NCBI GenBank assembly: GCA_963764745.1
Contig: CAVXTN010000005.1
Coordinates: forward strand, 422,207 to 486,206
Direction: 5' to 3'
Length of the DNA: 64,000 nucleotides
DNA from: Candidatus Aminicenantes bacterium
GTDB lineage: Bacteria > Acidobacteriota > Aminicenantia > UBA2199
A model generated the notes under the pieces. It did not search any database. It had not been told where the DNA came from and worked only from the letters and a program-made list of their open reading frames with translations. The translations under genes were made by a program, and so were the position numbers. Positions 13,288 through 25,387 of this stretch are shown here, one piece after another; position 1 is the stretch's first letter; each line of letters opens with the position of its first letter.

Positions 13288-13530
13288 ACGGCAGACCTTC
13301 TGCCCAGGCTATCCTTTTCGTTCCGAAAGCCTATTGAACAAGGAATTTAACGCAATACCGAAAAATGTATAAAAACCGTCTTTAAAATGCTTGTCAGACC
13401 ATGCTTTTGAGGCTAATACTGAATTTTGTGATATAACGATTTTCCCTATTGAAATGGTAAATCTTTAGTTGATATTTACTTTTTTTTGAATGGAAACAAG
13501 GAGGATTCTTGCAAAAAAACATTCGAACCA

Positions 13531-16500
13531 ATGAACAAGCCCGATGAATTTTTGAAGAACCCAGACACACATAATTTTCCCGGGCCGGGACGCTTTCCCG
13601 AGACCGGAAATAAAAATTGAAGCCAGACGGCTTTGCCAGGCGCTTCGGGATCCAGGGCGGCGAAGCCTTCGACCGCTGGCATGACGAAAAGCTCAGCCTG
13701 ATCACGGTGCCGAATTCTCCGCAAAATCTCGCCCGCCTCCACGATATCTTTGCCTTCCATTCCAATCTCCTGCAAAATATCACCGCTTTCCTGCCAGGCA
13801 ACTTCCAGATCGATATCCTGACGCAGCCGTTTACGGCCAGCGCGCCCGCCGTTCTGGCCGGGCAGCCGGCGGCGGCGGCGGAGAGCATTTTCGGGCAATA
13901 CCTTGCCTTCCTGGGCGCGGCCCGGGAATGGGGCATGGATTTCGTCGATTTTTCCAAATTCCAGATCCTGCCCGGGCGCGACCCTGCGTTTCGGCTGGGA
14001 CCTGGATCGCCACCCCTTCCCTTCCCCCGCCGCTTTCCTGCCCATTTTCAGCCAGAACCGCCACTTGCGCGACCTGGACGAGTGCAATTACCTGGATGTC
14101 ATAAAAAGGACGACAAAGAAGTCCCGGTCTCCGAAGCCGGCCGGCTACCTGTGCCGCGGCGACGATTTCACTTCCAATCTGCTGCATGCCCGCTCGCTGA
14201 ACGGCATGAAGGCCAATGCCGCCATCAGGATCCACACCACTTCCCCCTGGCAGAAACCGATCATCCGCAACAATCTTTTCCATGCCCTGAATGGCGAAGA
14301 ACTCCTCCTGCTGAAAATGGACTTGGAGAGCGTGCCCTTACGCGATTTTTTTTCGGACTTGTGCGGCCGGGAAAAAAGCAACAAGGAGAATCCATCCGCG
14401 CAAGTGCGGGAATTCCGCTCCTTCTTGCAGCAATCGGTTTTTCAAAAGACCGTTTTGCTGATCGACAACCTGGCGAAAAAAGAAGACATCCGGCTGCTCC
14501 GCTACCTGCTGGAAGCAGGAGACATCCCGGGGTTGACCCTCATCCTGTTCAACGACTCCGCACCCTTCGACTGTGACCTTGAATTGCGTGAAGACCCGCC
14601 GGACCAATTGCAAAAATACCTTCCCGCCTTGTTCCCCCGGCCCAGACATCCCGGCCTGAGCAAAAAGGAAAGTGAACTTTTTAAAAAGATCGCCATGATC
14701 GAAGTCCCGGTTCCCGTGGCCGTCGCCCGCTTCCTGGCCGGGCGCGACGGCGGCCCGACCATCGCCGGGCTGTTGAACAAGCAATACCTGACGGAAATCA
14801 AGAACCAGCAAACCCTGTCCCCGAATTTGCCCCGAGCCCAGGCCCGGGCAAACCGGAAGGAAAAGAAGGAATTGCTGGAGCTGCTGGCGGCCGAAACGGA
14901 TTGGGTCTACGCGAAAGTGAGCCGAATGATCGACGACGAGCAATGGGCGGCCCTGGAACAGTACCTGAAGAACATGGCGGCGGAGTCTCCGGGGCTGGTG
15001 GCACCCGGCCCGGCTGCCGAGCTGATCTTGCGCCACCTGCCGCAGATGGCTTCAGCCGGCAAGATCCTGGAATACTTCGTGGAAATCCTCATCCAGAGCG
15101 ACTGCCTGCCGCTGGCCCAAAAAGTGCTTGCCGGATATGCCGAGCCAGGACAAGGTTTTTGCCCGGCTGAAAGCCGCCCACCTGGCCATGAGGAGGAAGG
15201 AATACCCAAGGCTCGGCAAGCTGCTTTCCGGGCTGGGCCGGGTCCCGGAAGAGCTGAGGGACGAATGGCTGTACTTGAAATTCTATTATCATGAAAAAAT
15301 CTCGCAAGCCCAAAAGGCCGACGAATACGAAGGCAAGATCAAAAGCCCGTATTATCGGAATCTGTGCCTCAGCCAATTGAGCGACCGCAGCATCTACAAT
15401 CGCGATTTTGCCAAAGCCCACGCCCAATTGGCCGGAGCCCTGGCCTATTTCGCGAATCGCCGCTTCTGGCGCGAGGAGATCGAGATCCAGAGCCAGATGG
15501 CGAAATTGTGGCGGGAAAAAGGAAATTTCCAGGAAGCCGAATCGCTTTACAAGACCATCTACATTAAAAGCGAAACCGAAGGCCTGGCATTGAGGTCGGC
15601 AGCCATCGCCGTGGACCTGGGCAATTTGTACATGGAAGAGGACGATGATTTTCAAGCCGAATGCTGGTATCAAAAAGCATTGCATTTGTTCGAAAAAGAA
15701 AAGAATGCCGACGGGATCATGCTGGTGAATTCCAACCTGATCAATATTTTTTTCGCCAAGGGCAACTGGCTGGAAGCCGAGAAGCTCCTGCGCGCCGTTC
15801 TGGCGGCCAACGAAGAGAAGCAATTGCCGAATTCCTGCGCCATCGACTACCTGAACTGGGCCAACCTTGAAAATTTGCGCCTGCATGACGACAAGGCCTT
15901 GAAATTGCTCGAACATGCCACGGAAATTTTTAAAAACGCCGGCAACAGCAAAGGGCTTACCGAGTGCGCCTTTCTCAAGGGCCAGAATAGCCTGTTTCGC
16001 CCAAGGGCTCCCGGCCGCCAAGCCCGCGGAAGAAAAATGGTTCAGTGCCGATCAAAGGACCGTCTGCGGCATATTCAGGCAATTCGGCTCCTTGCCCGGC
16101 AAAGGCCGGGAGGCCGCCACGCTCAAGATGCTCGACGGCATCACATCAGAAAAAATCAGGTTCGATACGCTGCGCCTGCTGCTGACGCAGCCACCGGAAA
16201 ACGGAATGGCTGGACCGCTTCAGGGAAATCGCCTGGGAACTTTCCCGGCAGGCGAAAAATTATTATTACTACGAATTTTGGTATATGTATTTTGACCTGA
16301 GCGCGGAAGCCCTGCCCGGCGCCGGCCCGCGGCGCGACGAATTTTTTGCCATGCACGATTTTTTCCGCATGAACAAGAGAACCCTCTCGGCCAAACTCGA
16401 CCACCTGCGCCGGCGCGAGGAAGAGAGCGAAAGTCACCGCGATCTTTTTGACGACGCCCGCCTGGTCGGAAATTACAGGCAATGGCGGCTTCCCGAAGAT

Positions 16501-17810
16501 TTCTTCAACAGTTTTTTTTATGAACTCAACAAACCGGCGCGCATCGATTGGCTGGCCATGTAGATCCACGAAAAGCGGCAGCCGCTTGTTCAAATTCTCG
16601 AGTTCCGGGCTTTGCCAGGAACTTGCGGGAACAAATGCTGCAGCACACCCTGGAGGCACGCGGAAAATCAAGAACTACGACCTGGCCGAGATCAAAAGAA
16701 ATTTCAGCAGCCAGGAAAAATTTTTTTATCCGTTCGCCAATACCAAAATGATCCGCTGGCCGATCGACGAACAGCTCCTGGCCGGCCTGGTCATCGGGTT
16801 CGAGGACGGCGAATTTGTATTTCCAGGATTTTTTCGAGCGCCACAAGGAAACCTTCAAGAAATTCCAGGTGCTGTTTCAAGCATTTTCTGCAAAATGAAT
16901 TCCGTACTCCATGAAAAACTGGATTTCATCGTCGGCGCATCGGAAAAGATCAAGGAAATGAAAACCCTGATCGCCCAGGTCAGCAAGGTGGATTTTTCCC
17001 TGCTGATTACCGGCGAAAGCGGCAGCGGCAAGGAACTGGTGGCCAACGCCGTTCATTTGCTCAGCCCCAGGGCCAGCCAGCCTTTCGTTTCCGTCAATGC
17101 CGCGGCCATACCCGAGACCCTCCTGGAAGCGGAGCTTTTCGGATATAAAAAAGGGGCGTTCAGCGGCGCCGGCGAGAATCGCGTCGGCTTGCTGGAAGCG
17201 GCCGACCGCGGCACATTTTTCCTGGATGAGATCGCCGATCTGCCCCTGCTGCTGCAGGCAAAGGTCCTGCGGGTCCTGCAGGAAAAGGAAATCCGCCGCC
17301 TGGGCGAAAACAAGACCATCAAGATCGATATCCGCCTGATCTCCGCCAGCAACCAGAACCTTGAGGAATTGATCAGGAAAAACCTGTTCCGCGAAGATCT
17401 GTTTTACCGGCTCCAGGACCTGGTCATCCATATTCCGCCCTTGCGGGAAAGGCGGGAGGACATCCCGCTGCTCATCGAATATTTTTTAAGCAAATTCGGT
17501 TATCCCGCGGCAGACGCCGGACAAATTGCTGGCCATCGCCGACCTGTTCGCGCAATGACCGCTTGCCCGGCAATGTGCGCGAACTTGGAATCGAAGATCA
17601 AGAAGATGATCACCTTCAACCCCGAGCTGGAGGTTCCCGCCTGGCGCGAAGACGCAACCGGCAACCTGAAGAGCGCCCGCCAGGCCTTTGAAAGGAATTT
17701 GCTGCTGAATACCTTGAACGAACAGTCCTGGCACAGGGACAAAACCGCTGAAAAGCTGGGCATCAGCCGCATGGCCCTTTTCAAATGCTGAAAAAATATA
17801 AGATAAAAAG
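13531..17810 (+). CDS. Giant sigma-54-dependent transcriptional activator (long divergent N-terminal region, TPRs, AAA+ domain, Fis HTH); multiple frameshifts, end approximate
   Basis: RBS AAGGAGG then ATG at 13531; TPR-like ORF 15128; C-terminal ITGESGSGKELVA, ELFGYKKGAFSGA, FLDEI, FREDLFYRL and HTH (KTAEKLGISRMALF). Confidence 0.85.
13547..13621 (+). repeat. 75-bp direct repeat, copy 2 (inside the predicted 5' end of the sigma-54 activator gene)
   Basis: 63/75 identical to 13213..13287; offset 334 bp. Confidence 0.85.
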
Positions 17811-18733
17811 ATGACGCGCCTGGCTGCTGAAAAAAGCCGGCTGGTTTTTGCTTTTTCTCTGGGCGGCGGGCAGCCTGATATTTCTTACTGGTGCAGGCGG
17901 TCCCCGGCGACCCGCTGCTGTCCATCTTGGGGCAGAGCCCGCGTTCGGCGGACATCCTGCGCTTGCAGGATTCCCTGAAACTGAACCAGCCGTTGCTTTC
18001 GCGTTACGCGCGCTTCATGAAGAAGCTGTGCGTTCTGGATCTGGGAGAATCCCTGATCGACCGCAAGCCGGTTTTGGGTTCCATCCTGAAATATCCTGCC
18101 GAACACCCTGGGCCTGACCCTGGCCGCCATGCTGATATCCGTTGCCGATCGCCTTCCCGCTGGCCATCATGGCCGCTTTCAATAAAAACGGCCCCTGGGA
18201 AGCGCTGGCCATGATTTTTTCGGCCGTCGGGCCTGGCCTTGCCCGGCTTCCTTCTCGGCATCCTGCTGATCCTGGTATTTTCCGTGTCCTGGCACCTTTT
18301 CCCCATCTCCGGCAGCGGCGGTATCCGCTTCCTTGTCCTGCCGGCACTGACACTGGGAATTTCCCTGGGCGCCTTTCTGACGCGCATGGTACGCGCAGTC
18401 CTGAACAGGGAGCTGCAGCAGCCCTACGTGCTCCTGGCCAGAGCCAAGGGGCTTTCCAACGCCCAGATCTACCGGCGGCATGTTTTAAAGAATGCCCTGG
18501 CCCCCATCATCACCCTGATCGGCCTGCAACTGGGCGCCCTGTTGAGCGGAGCCATCATCGTGGAGAGCATCTTTTCCTGGCCGGGGCTCGGCACCCTCCT
18601 GATCACCGCCATCCGCCAGCGCGATTTCCCCATGATCCAGGGAACGGTCCTGTTCATGGCGGTCGCTTATCTGTTGTTGAATTTTCTGGTCGACCTGTCC
18701 TATCCGTTCCTCAACCCCGCGCATCCGCCATGA
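17810..18733 (+). CDS. Peptide/nickel ABC transporter permease (DppB/OppB-like), frameshifted
   Basis: VQAVPGDP, LDLGESL, EAA loop YVLLARAKGLS...RHVLKNAL, VESIFSWPGLG, RDFPMIQG. Confidence 0.9.
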
Positions 18734-19566
18734 TTCGGCTTCATAAGCAAAACCGGCAATTCCGCCTGGGCGTTCTGGCCTCTGGCCGGCCTGGGCCTGG
18801 CGCTGGCCGGCCTGGCCGCTTTCCAGGGGATCAGCTTGCGGCTGCATATCGACCAGCGCCTGCAATCTCCTCCCGCGGCACACTTCCTGGGCACGGATGC
18901 CTTGGGCCGCGACCTGCTTTCCTGCCTGGCGTTCGGCACTCTGGTCTCGTTGGCCATCGGCCTGGCCGCCGTCTTCATCGCCGCCGCCCTCGGCGCCGGC
19001 CTGGGCTTCCTGGCCGGCTGGCATGGCGGCCTGCTCGACATGCCTGCATCATGCGCGGCGCCGATTTCATCCTGGCCTTTCCCGGCATCCTGCTGGCCCT
19101 GGCCCTGATCGCTTTTTGGGGCCAGGGCGTCGTGCAACCTTGTTTTCGCGCTGGCAATCAGCGGCTGGGTAAGCTACGCCCGACTGGTGCGCGGCGAAGT
19201 TCTGAAGATCAAGAGCCAGGAATTCATCCTGGCCGCCCGCGGCTTCAACGCCTCCTCCTGGCAGATCGCCACCCGTCACATGCTGCCGCTGATCTTCCCC
19301 CTGCTGCTGACCCAGGCCGTTTCGGGCGTCGCGGCGGTCATCATGGCCGAATCAAGCCTGAATTTCCTCGGGCTGGGCCTGGACCCGCGGCTGCCGACCC
19401 TGGGCGGCATGATCGATGCCGGCCGCGGCCACCTGTTCGACAACCCGTCCCTGGTCATCCTCCCCGGCGTTTGCCTGATCCTGCTGGTCGCCGGCTTCCT
19501 GCTCCTGGCCGAAGGCCTGAAAATGCGGCCGGCCGGCAGCCGCTTTTGCAAAAAAAAAAGAGATAA
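18730..19566 (+). CDS. Peptide/nickel ABC transporter permease (DppC/OppC-like), frameshifted
   Basis: HFLGTDALGRDLL, QEFILAARGFNAS...RHMLP, AESSLNFLGLG, LGGMI. Confidence 0.9.
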   Translation: MIRLHKQNRQFRLGVLASGRPGPGAGRPGRFPGDQLAAAYRPAPAISSRGTLPGHGCLGPRPAFLPGVRHSGLVGHRPGRRLHRRRPRRRPGLPGRLAWRPARHACIMRGADFILAFPGILLALALIAFWGQGVVQPCFRAGNQRLGKLRPTGARRSSEDQEPGIHPGRPRLQRLLLADRHPSHAAADLPPAADPGRFGRRGGHHGRIKPEFPRAGPGPAAADPGRHDRCRPRPPVRQPVPGHPPRRLPDPAGRRLPAPGRRPENAAGRQPLLQKKKR

Positions 19567-19619
19567 GTATACAATCAAGGCCGTTCCCATCGCGACGGCA
19601 GACGACAGGGAGGTCGGAC

Positions 19620-19908
19620 ATGGAGAAAAGAAAGGAAATACGCATCAAAAAAAGGATCCTCTCCAGCCTGGAAGAAAAACCGGCCATCATCGTCGACATA
19701 TCGCAGAGCGGAATCAGAATTTCCATGAGCCGGCCTCCGAAGAACCAGGACGTCGACATCAAGCTGCAAATCGGCGGCAAGGTGATCAACTTGAAAGGCG
19801 ATGTCCGCTGGATCAACCGCATGGCTCCAACCAGGCTTCCAACAATATCGGCATCGCCATCCGCGAAGCCCCGCCCGAATACTACGACATGCTGACGGTT
19901 TCCGCTAG
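19620..19908 (+). CDS. Small stand-alone PilZ-domain protein (frameshift near 19830; end approximate)
   Basis: EKRKEIR (RxxxR-like) and DISQSG (D/NxSxxG) motifs, then GDVRW and IGI. Confidence 0.75.
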
Positions 19909-19949
19909 GCAGCGAACCTTAAAAAACGGAGCCGCTTCGGAGACGTCGG

Positions 19950-22928
19950 CTACTCTTCCTTGGCCCCGGCCAGCAATTGTTCGCCGGCAAGCGGCGGCCG
20001 CGGCCGGTTCGGGGACGATCTCGATTTCATCGTCGCGCAGGCGGCAGACCAGGTAGCGGGCGTCCTCCCACTCTTTTTCCAGCGACAGGTAGGCGATTTT
20101 TTCCAGCAGTTCCTTTTTCAGGACCCGGGTCAGGTTGCGCGCCCCGTATTCGAGGGAATAGCCCCTGGCGGCGATGTGGGCCAGCACATCATCCTTGACG
20201 ACCAGTTCCTTGCCCTGTTTTTCCAGGTCGTGGCGCACTTCCCGCAAATGGATGTCGATGATGGCCTTGATGTCGGCGTCACGCAGGTGGCGGAAAACGA
20301 TGATCTCATCGATGCGGTTGAGGAATTCCGGGGAAAAATATTTTTTCAGGGACTTGATCAGGGTGGCCCGGGAAACCTGCGTCCCCTCCTGGCTGCTCTT
20401 GTAGCCCATGTTGGCCTTGGAAAACAAGGCGGTGCCGATGTTGGAGGTCATGACGATGGTGGTTTTGGAAAAATCGATCACGTTGCCGCGGGCGTCGGTC
20501 AGGCGGCCGGCGTCGAAGACCTGCAGGAAAATATTCAACAGCTGGGCGTCGGCCTTTTCAATTTCATCCAGCAGGATGATCGAATACGGGATTTTGCCGC
20601 ACCTTGTCGGTCAGCTGGTTGGAGTCATAATAGCCCACATATCCGGGAGCCGCGCCGACAAAGCGCGAATAGGTGAATTTTTCCATGTATTCGGACATGT
20701 CGATGCGGATCAGGTAATCCTGGCTGCCGTAAAGGGCTTCGCTCAGGGCGATGGCCGTTTCGGTCTTGCCGACCCCGGTCGGGCCGATGAACATGAAGAC
20801 GCCGTCCGGCCGGTTTTTCTTGATGTCGTAGCCCAGCTTGGAGGTGATCACCGACGAAACCATCTTGGCCACCGCTTCGTCCTGGCCGACGATCCGTTTC
20901 AGGATATTGCCGCGCAACGCCGTCAGGCGGCTCTTCAAGGAAATGGAGATGTTGGTTTCCGGGAGATTGCCGATGTCGGCCAAAACCTCCAGCACATCGG
21001 ACTCCTCGATCTTCAGCGGCGCCGCCCTGGACGGAAATGTTCTTCAGCTTGACCTTGGCGATGCACCTTTCCAGGAGCATGATGGCCGAATCGGGCAGTT
21101 TCCTCTCCCGGATATCCCTTTTGGCGCTCTCGACGATGTCTTCGACGATCTGGTTGGAGACCAGCAGGTTGTCGGCTGGCGACCACCTGGCTGACCAGGT
21201 TCTTCAGAATTTTACGCGTGCCTTCCGGCGACAACTCGTTGACGATGATTTTCTGGAAATAGCCCAGCAGGGAATTGTCCTTTTCAATGGTGTTCTTGTA
21301 TTCCTCGTAGTCGGTGCTGGCGATCACCTGGATGGAATTGTCACGCAGGAAATTCTTGAGGATATTGACCAGGTCCAGCGACGTGCCCCGGGCCGCCCCG
21401 GTGGACATCATCAGGTGCATGTCTTCCAGCACCAGGATGGCGTTCTGGGATTTGAATTCCTGCAGGAGTTTCAGGACCTTTTCCTCGAATTGGCCGCGGT
21501 ATTTCGAACCGGTGAGCAGGCTGACGAAATTGATCTCCTTGATCTTCTTTTCCTTCAGCGCCGGCGGCACTTCGTCGAAAATGATCTTCTGGGCCAGCAG
21601 GCGGATCAGGGTCGATTTGCCCACCCCGCGTTCGCCGATCAGCAGCAGGTTCCTTTTCGAATTGGAGATGAGGATCTCGATCATCTGGCGGAGTTCCTTG
21701 CCGCGGCCGATGATCCTCTCCTCGTTCTGGATCACGGTTTCGGTGATATCGAAAAAAGCGTCGTTTTTCTGGGCGTCGGGCTTGCTCTTGCTCTTGTCGA
21801 TGCTTTCCCGCAGCTTTTTGATCTTGTCGCCCAAGCTTTTGCTCTGGGCGATCAGCAGCGCCTTTTCATAAAAATTCAGGGCCAGTTCGATGTTTTCTTC
21901 CCTGGCATAGACGTCGCCCATCATTTCGTGCCCTTCGGCGTAAAAGGGATAAAAAAGCAGGAATTTCTGCAGCAGGCGCTTCATTTCCAGGGCGCGGTTC
22001 AAATTGGCCAGGTTGCGTGATCTGCAAGAGATAGATCAGGGGCATGTTGAAATCTTCGAAAGCGATCTCCTCCAGCTGCAGCAGACTTTCCGTGAACAAT
22101 CTTCAGCTGCTGGTTGCGGTAGGCCGCCTCCACTTCGCGCCATTTGCTCCAAGAATCCGCCCTCGCTCCTTCGGCAATTGCGGCTCGGATGCCGCTCCAG
22201 GTCGGCAAAGCAAAAATTGGCCAGGTAGAATTCGCCGATTTTCTGCCAGACGCTCTTCCGCGTTCACGACGATCTCCTCGCCGCTGGTCGAGATTGCCGA
22301 AGATCACCTCGCTCTGCCGCGGGTCGCGACAGAAACAAGACCCGCTCGTTCTGAACGATCACAAAGGGAAAAAGGCTGAAATTCATGGTGGCATTGCCGT
22401 AGATCAGCTCATCATGCAGCGCGTTCCATGGGGACCGAAAAGGTTTTTTGGCGTCACCCTTTTGTTGACGTCACCGCGCCGCTGATCTTCTGGTCGAAAA
22501 GCTTGAACAGGTTTTCGATCCAGAATTTGTAATCGGCAAAAAGGTTCTTTTTTTCCTTGTCTTCGGCCTGCAGGCGGCCGTTTTTAAAGTAGTCGCTCAG
22601 GTTTTCCAGTATGAACACCAGCGTCTGCCTCTCGGTCTTGCTCATGCTCAAGACCTGGGTGTTGAATGTCTGCAAATAGGCGATGATGTTCTCCAGGACC
22701 TGCAGAATATCGTTGTCGAAAAAACGTTTTCCCGGCCGGGAGTTGGAAATTCTTTTTGCGGGCCAGGTTTTCGGCCTTGAACAGGGCGTCCAGGATATGG
22801 ACGATATAAAATATCAGGCGGTCCGAATTTTCCTTGTTGAATTCACGTTTCTCAAATTTGAAATCGGGCAGAAAAATGGCCAGAAACATGCCCATTCTTC
22901 CAAATTGGCCAAAATGTGGGTCCATCAT
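19950..22928 (-). CDS. Atypical ClpA/B/C-family AAA+ ATPase with long N-terminal domain including a TPR; heavily frameshifted, possibly two genes split near 22454
   Basis: NBD1: IIGRGKELRQMIEIL...GERGVGKS...GSKYRGQFEEKV. NBD2: FIGPTGVGKTE, RIDMSEYME, GAAPGYVGY, LLDEIEKA, DAGRLTD, TSNIG, FSPEFLNRID, YGARNL. The upstream reading 22928..22000 appears continuous once indels are allowed. Confidence 0.85.
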
Positions 22929-22956
22929 GCGCTCCGCTTGTTTTCGCCTGACATTG

Positions 22957-23022
22957 ATTATATTGACAATATTCCGCAAAAGTCAATTTGAAATTGCTTT
23001 TTCGGTCCGGGTTTGCTATACT
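22957..23022. promoter_or_regulatory. Back-to-back divergent sigma-70-type promoters for the Clp ATPase (-) and the kinase (+)
   Basis: Minus strand TTGACT(22986-22981)-N18-TATAAT(22962-22957); plus strand TTGCTT(22994-22999)-N17-TATACT(23017-23022). Confidence 0.55.
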
Positions 23023-23035
23023 TTTTCCTGGAAAC

Positions 23036-25383
23036 ATGGATGAATTACTGAGCAATCCTCTGGTCAAATTGGCCATCATCGCGGCCGTGATGGCATTGAT
23101 CCTGAAGATCGTCTACCAGATCCTGAAGACGGCCAAGGTGTCTGCCTTTCAGAACCGGTCGTTTTTCGAGGCGTTCTTTTACCTGCTGGCCAAAAAGGCC
23201 TACATGGACCGCGACGCCAAGAGGGCCCGCAAGCAGAACATGTTCCTCAAGTCCGGAAAAATATACGAAGAGATCGGCGAATTTAAAAAAGCCCTGCAGG
23301 TCTACGAGGAAGGCCAGGAATACGACGTCATGGGCGAACTGCTGGAAAAGCTGAACAAGGAAAGCGAGGCCATCGAAATATACAAAAAAAGCGGCAACAG
23401 CGACAACCTGGTCAAGCTGCTGCTCAAGCGCAAAAACATCGAAGCCGCCGGGACCGTGCTGGAGAACAACAATCGCTTCCAGGAGGCGGCCGAATTATAT
23501 TACAACTATGAACGGTATGAAAAAGCCGCCCAGATCTATGAAAAAAAAGGATTTTACAAGAAAGCGGCCTATATCTATGAAAAAGGCGGCAATTTGAAGA
23601 AAGCCGCCGTGCAATTTTGAAAAATGGTTCATCACCAGTTTCGACACCACGGTGGGCTACCAGAACTCCAAGCAGCTGGAGCAGGAATTGCTCAAAGCCG
23701 TGGAGTTGTATACCCAGCTGAACGAATTGGAAAAAGCCTACGACCTGCTGATCAAGTACGGAAAATTCGAAAAAGCCGCCGAAATCGCGGTCAAAATGAA
23801 CAAACTCCCCGAGGCCGCCAAGAATTTTGAAAAAGCCCAACTGCCGCTCAAGGCCGCCGAGATCTACGAGCAGATCGAACGAGCCCAAGATCGCCTTCCT
23901 GCTGCGCGGCGAGAACGCTTTTGCCAAGGGCAACACCCTGGAAGCGGCCGAATGGTTTTTAAAGGGCGAGGACTACACCCGGGCAGCCGAACTGTTCGAA
24001 TGGGACAAGAAATACGCCAAGGCCGCCCACTGCTATTTCATGAACCAGAATTTTCTGGGGGCCGCCGAAAACTACCTGAAGGACAACAACGAAGAAGAAG
24101 CGGCCAAGATGTTCGAAATGGGCCGGGAATGGAAGATGGCGGCCAATATCTCCATGAAATACGGAAAATTCCAGAAAGCCGGGGAACTGTACGAAAACGC
24201 CCAGGAATACTTCAAGGCCGGGGTCTCGTTCATCAAGGTGGACGATGACCGCCGCGCCCTGTCCGATTTCCAGCTCGTCCCCGTCGATTCCCCCGATTTC
24301 AACACCGCCATCACCCACATGGCGAACATCTTTTTAAAGAACCGCAAGCCGCAGCTGGTCATCGAAAAAATCGAAAAATTGCTCGGCGAAAACCAGATCG
24401 ACAAGTCCAACATCGAGTGGTTCTACGTCCTGGGGCAGGCCTACGAAAACGCGGGCAACTTCAAAAAAGCGTTTGAGATCTACCAGATGATCCTGACCGA
24501 GGACTATTCGTTCAAGGACGTGCACCAGAAGATCAAGGACGTGGAGAACCTGATCCAGAAATACAAGGAAATGGAGCTGATCAGCGAGGATTCCAGCGAA
24601 CGCTACCGCATCATCGAAAAGATCGGCGAGGGCGGCATGGGCGTGGTGTTCAAGGCCGAAGACACGGTCCTGAAGCGCGTGGTGGCCCTGAAGATCCTGA
24701 ACAAGACCCTGGTCACCGACAAGCGCAACCTGGAGCGCTTCTTTTCCGAAGCGCGCTCCACGGCATCGCTGACCCAGGCCAACATCGTCACGGTGTACGA
24801 CGTCGGCCAGATCAAGGACGACTATTTCATTTCCATGGAATATATCGAAGGGGAAAATTTCATGAACCTCATCCGCCGCAAGAAGGCTTTCTCCCCGTCG
24901 CAGATCATTTTCATCGCCATCAAGCTTTTCAAGGCCCTGGATTATTCGCACCGCAAGGGGATCATTCACCGCGACATCAAGCCGCACAACATCATGATCA
25001 CCAAGCAAAAGGAAATAAAGATCATGGATTTCGGCCTGGCCGTGATCCTGGGCGACCAGAAAAAAGGCGAAAGCGGTGTCATCACCGGCACGCCCTATTA
25101 CATGTCCCCGGAACAGATCCAGGGCATCCCGGTCGATCACCGCACCGATATCTATTCGTCGGGCACCACCCTGTTCCATCTGACCACCGGCCACGTCCCC
25201 TTCAAGGGCGAAAATATTTTTTACCAGCACCTGTTCGACCCGGTGCCGCCGATCAAGAAATACCGCACCGATGTTCCCGAAAAACTGTGCTACATCATCG
25301 AAAAGTGCATGGAAAAGAAGCGCGAGCAGAGATTCCAAAGCGCCATGGAAGTATTGAACGAAATGAAAACCATCAAAATATGA
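23036..25383 (+). CDS. Hanks-type Ser/Thr protein kinase with N-terminal TM helix and long helical (TPR-like) repeat region; two frameshifts
   Basis: GEGGMGVV, VALK, HRDIKPHN, DFG, GTPYYMSPEQ, DIYS; repeats such as YEKAAQIYEKKG and FEKAAEIAVK. Confidence 0.92.
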
Positions 25384-25387
25384 GGAG

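Noticed and set aside
17120-17175. GAFSGA instead of GAFTGA in the sigma-54 activator as a sign of inactivity
   Set aside because: Thr-to-Ser is a common natural variant and the other AAA+ motifs are intact.
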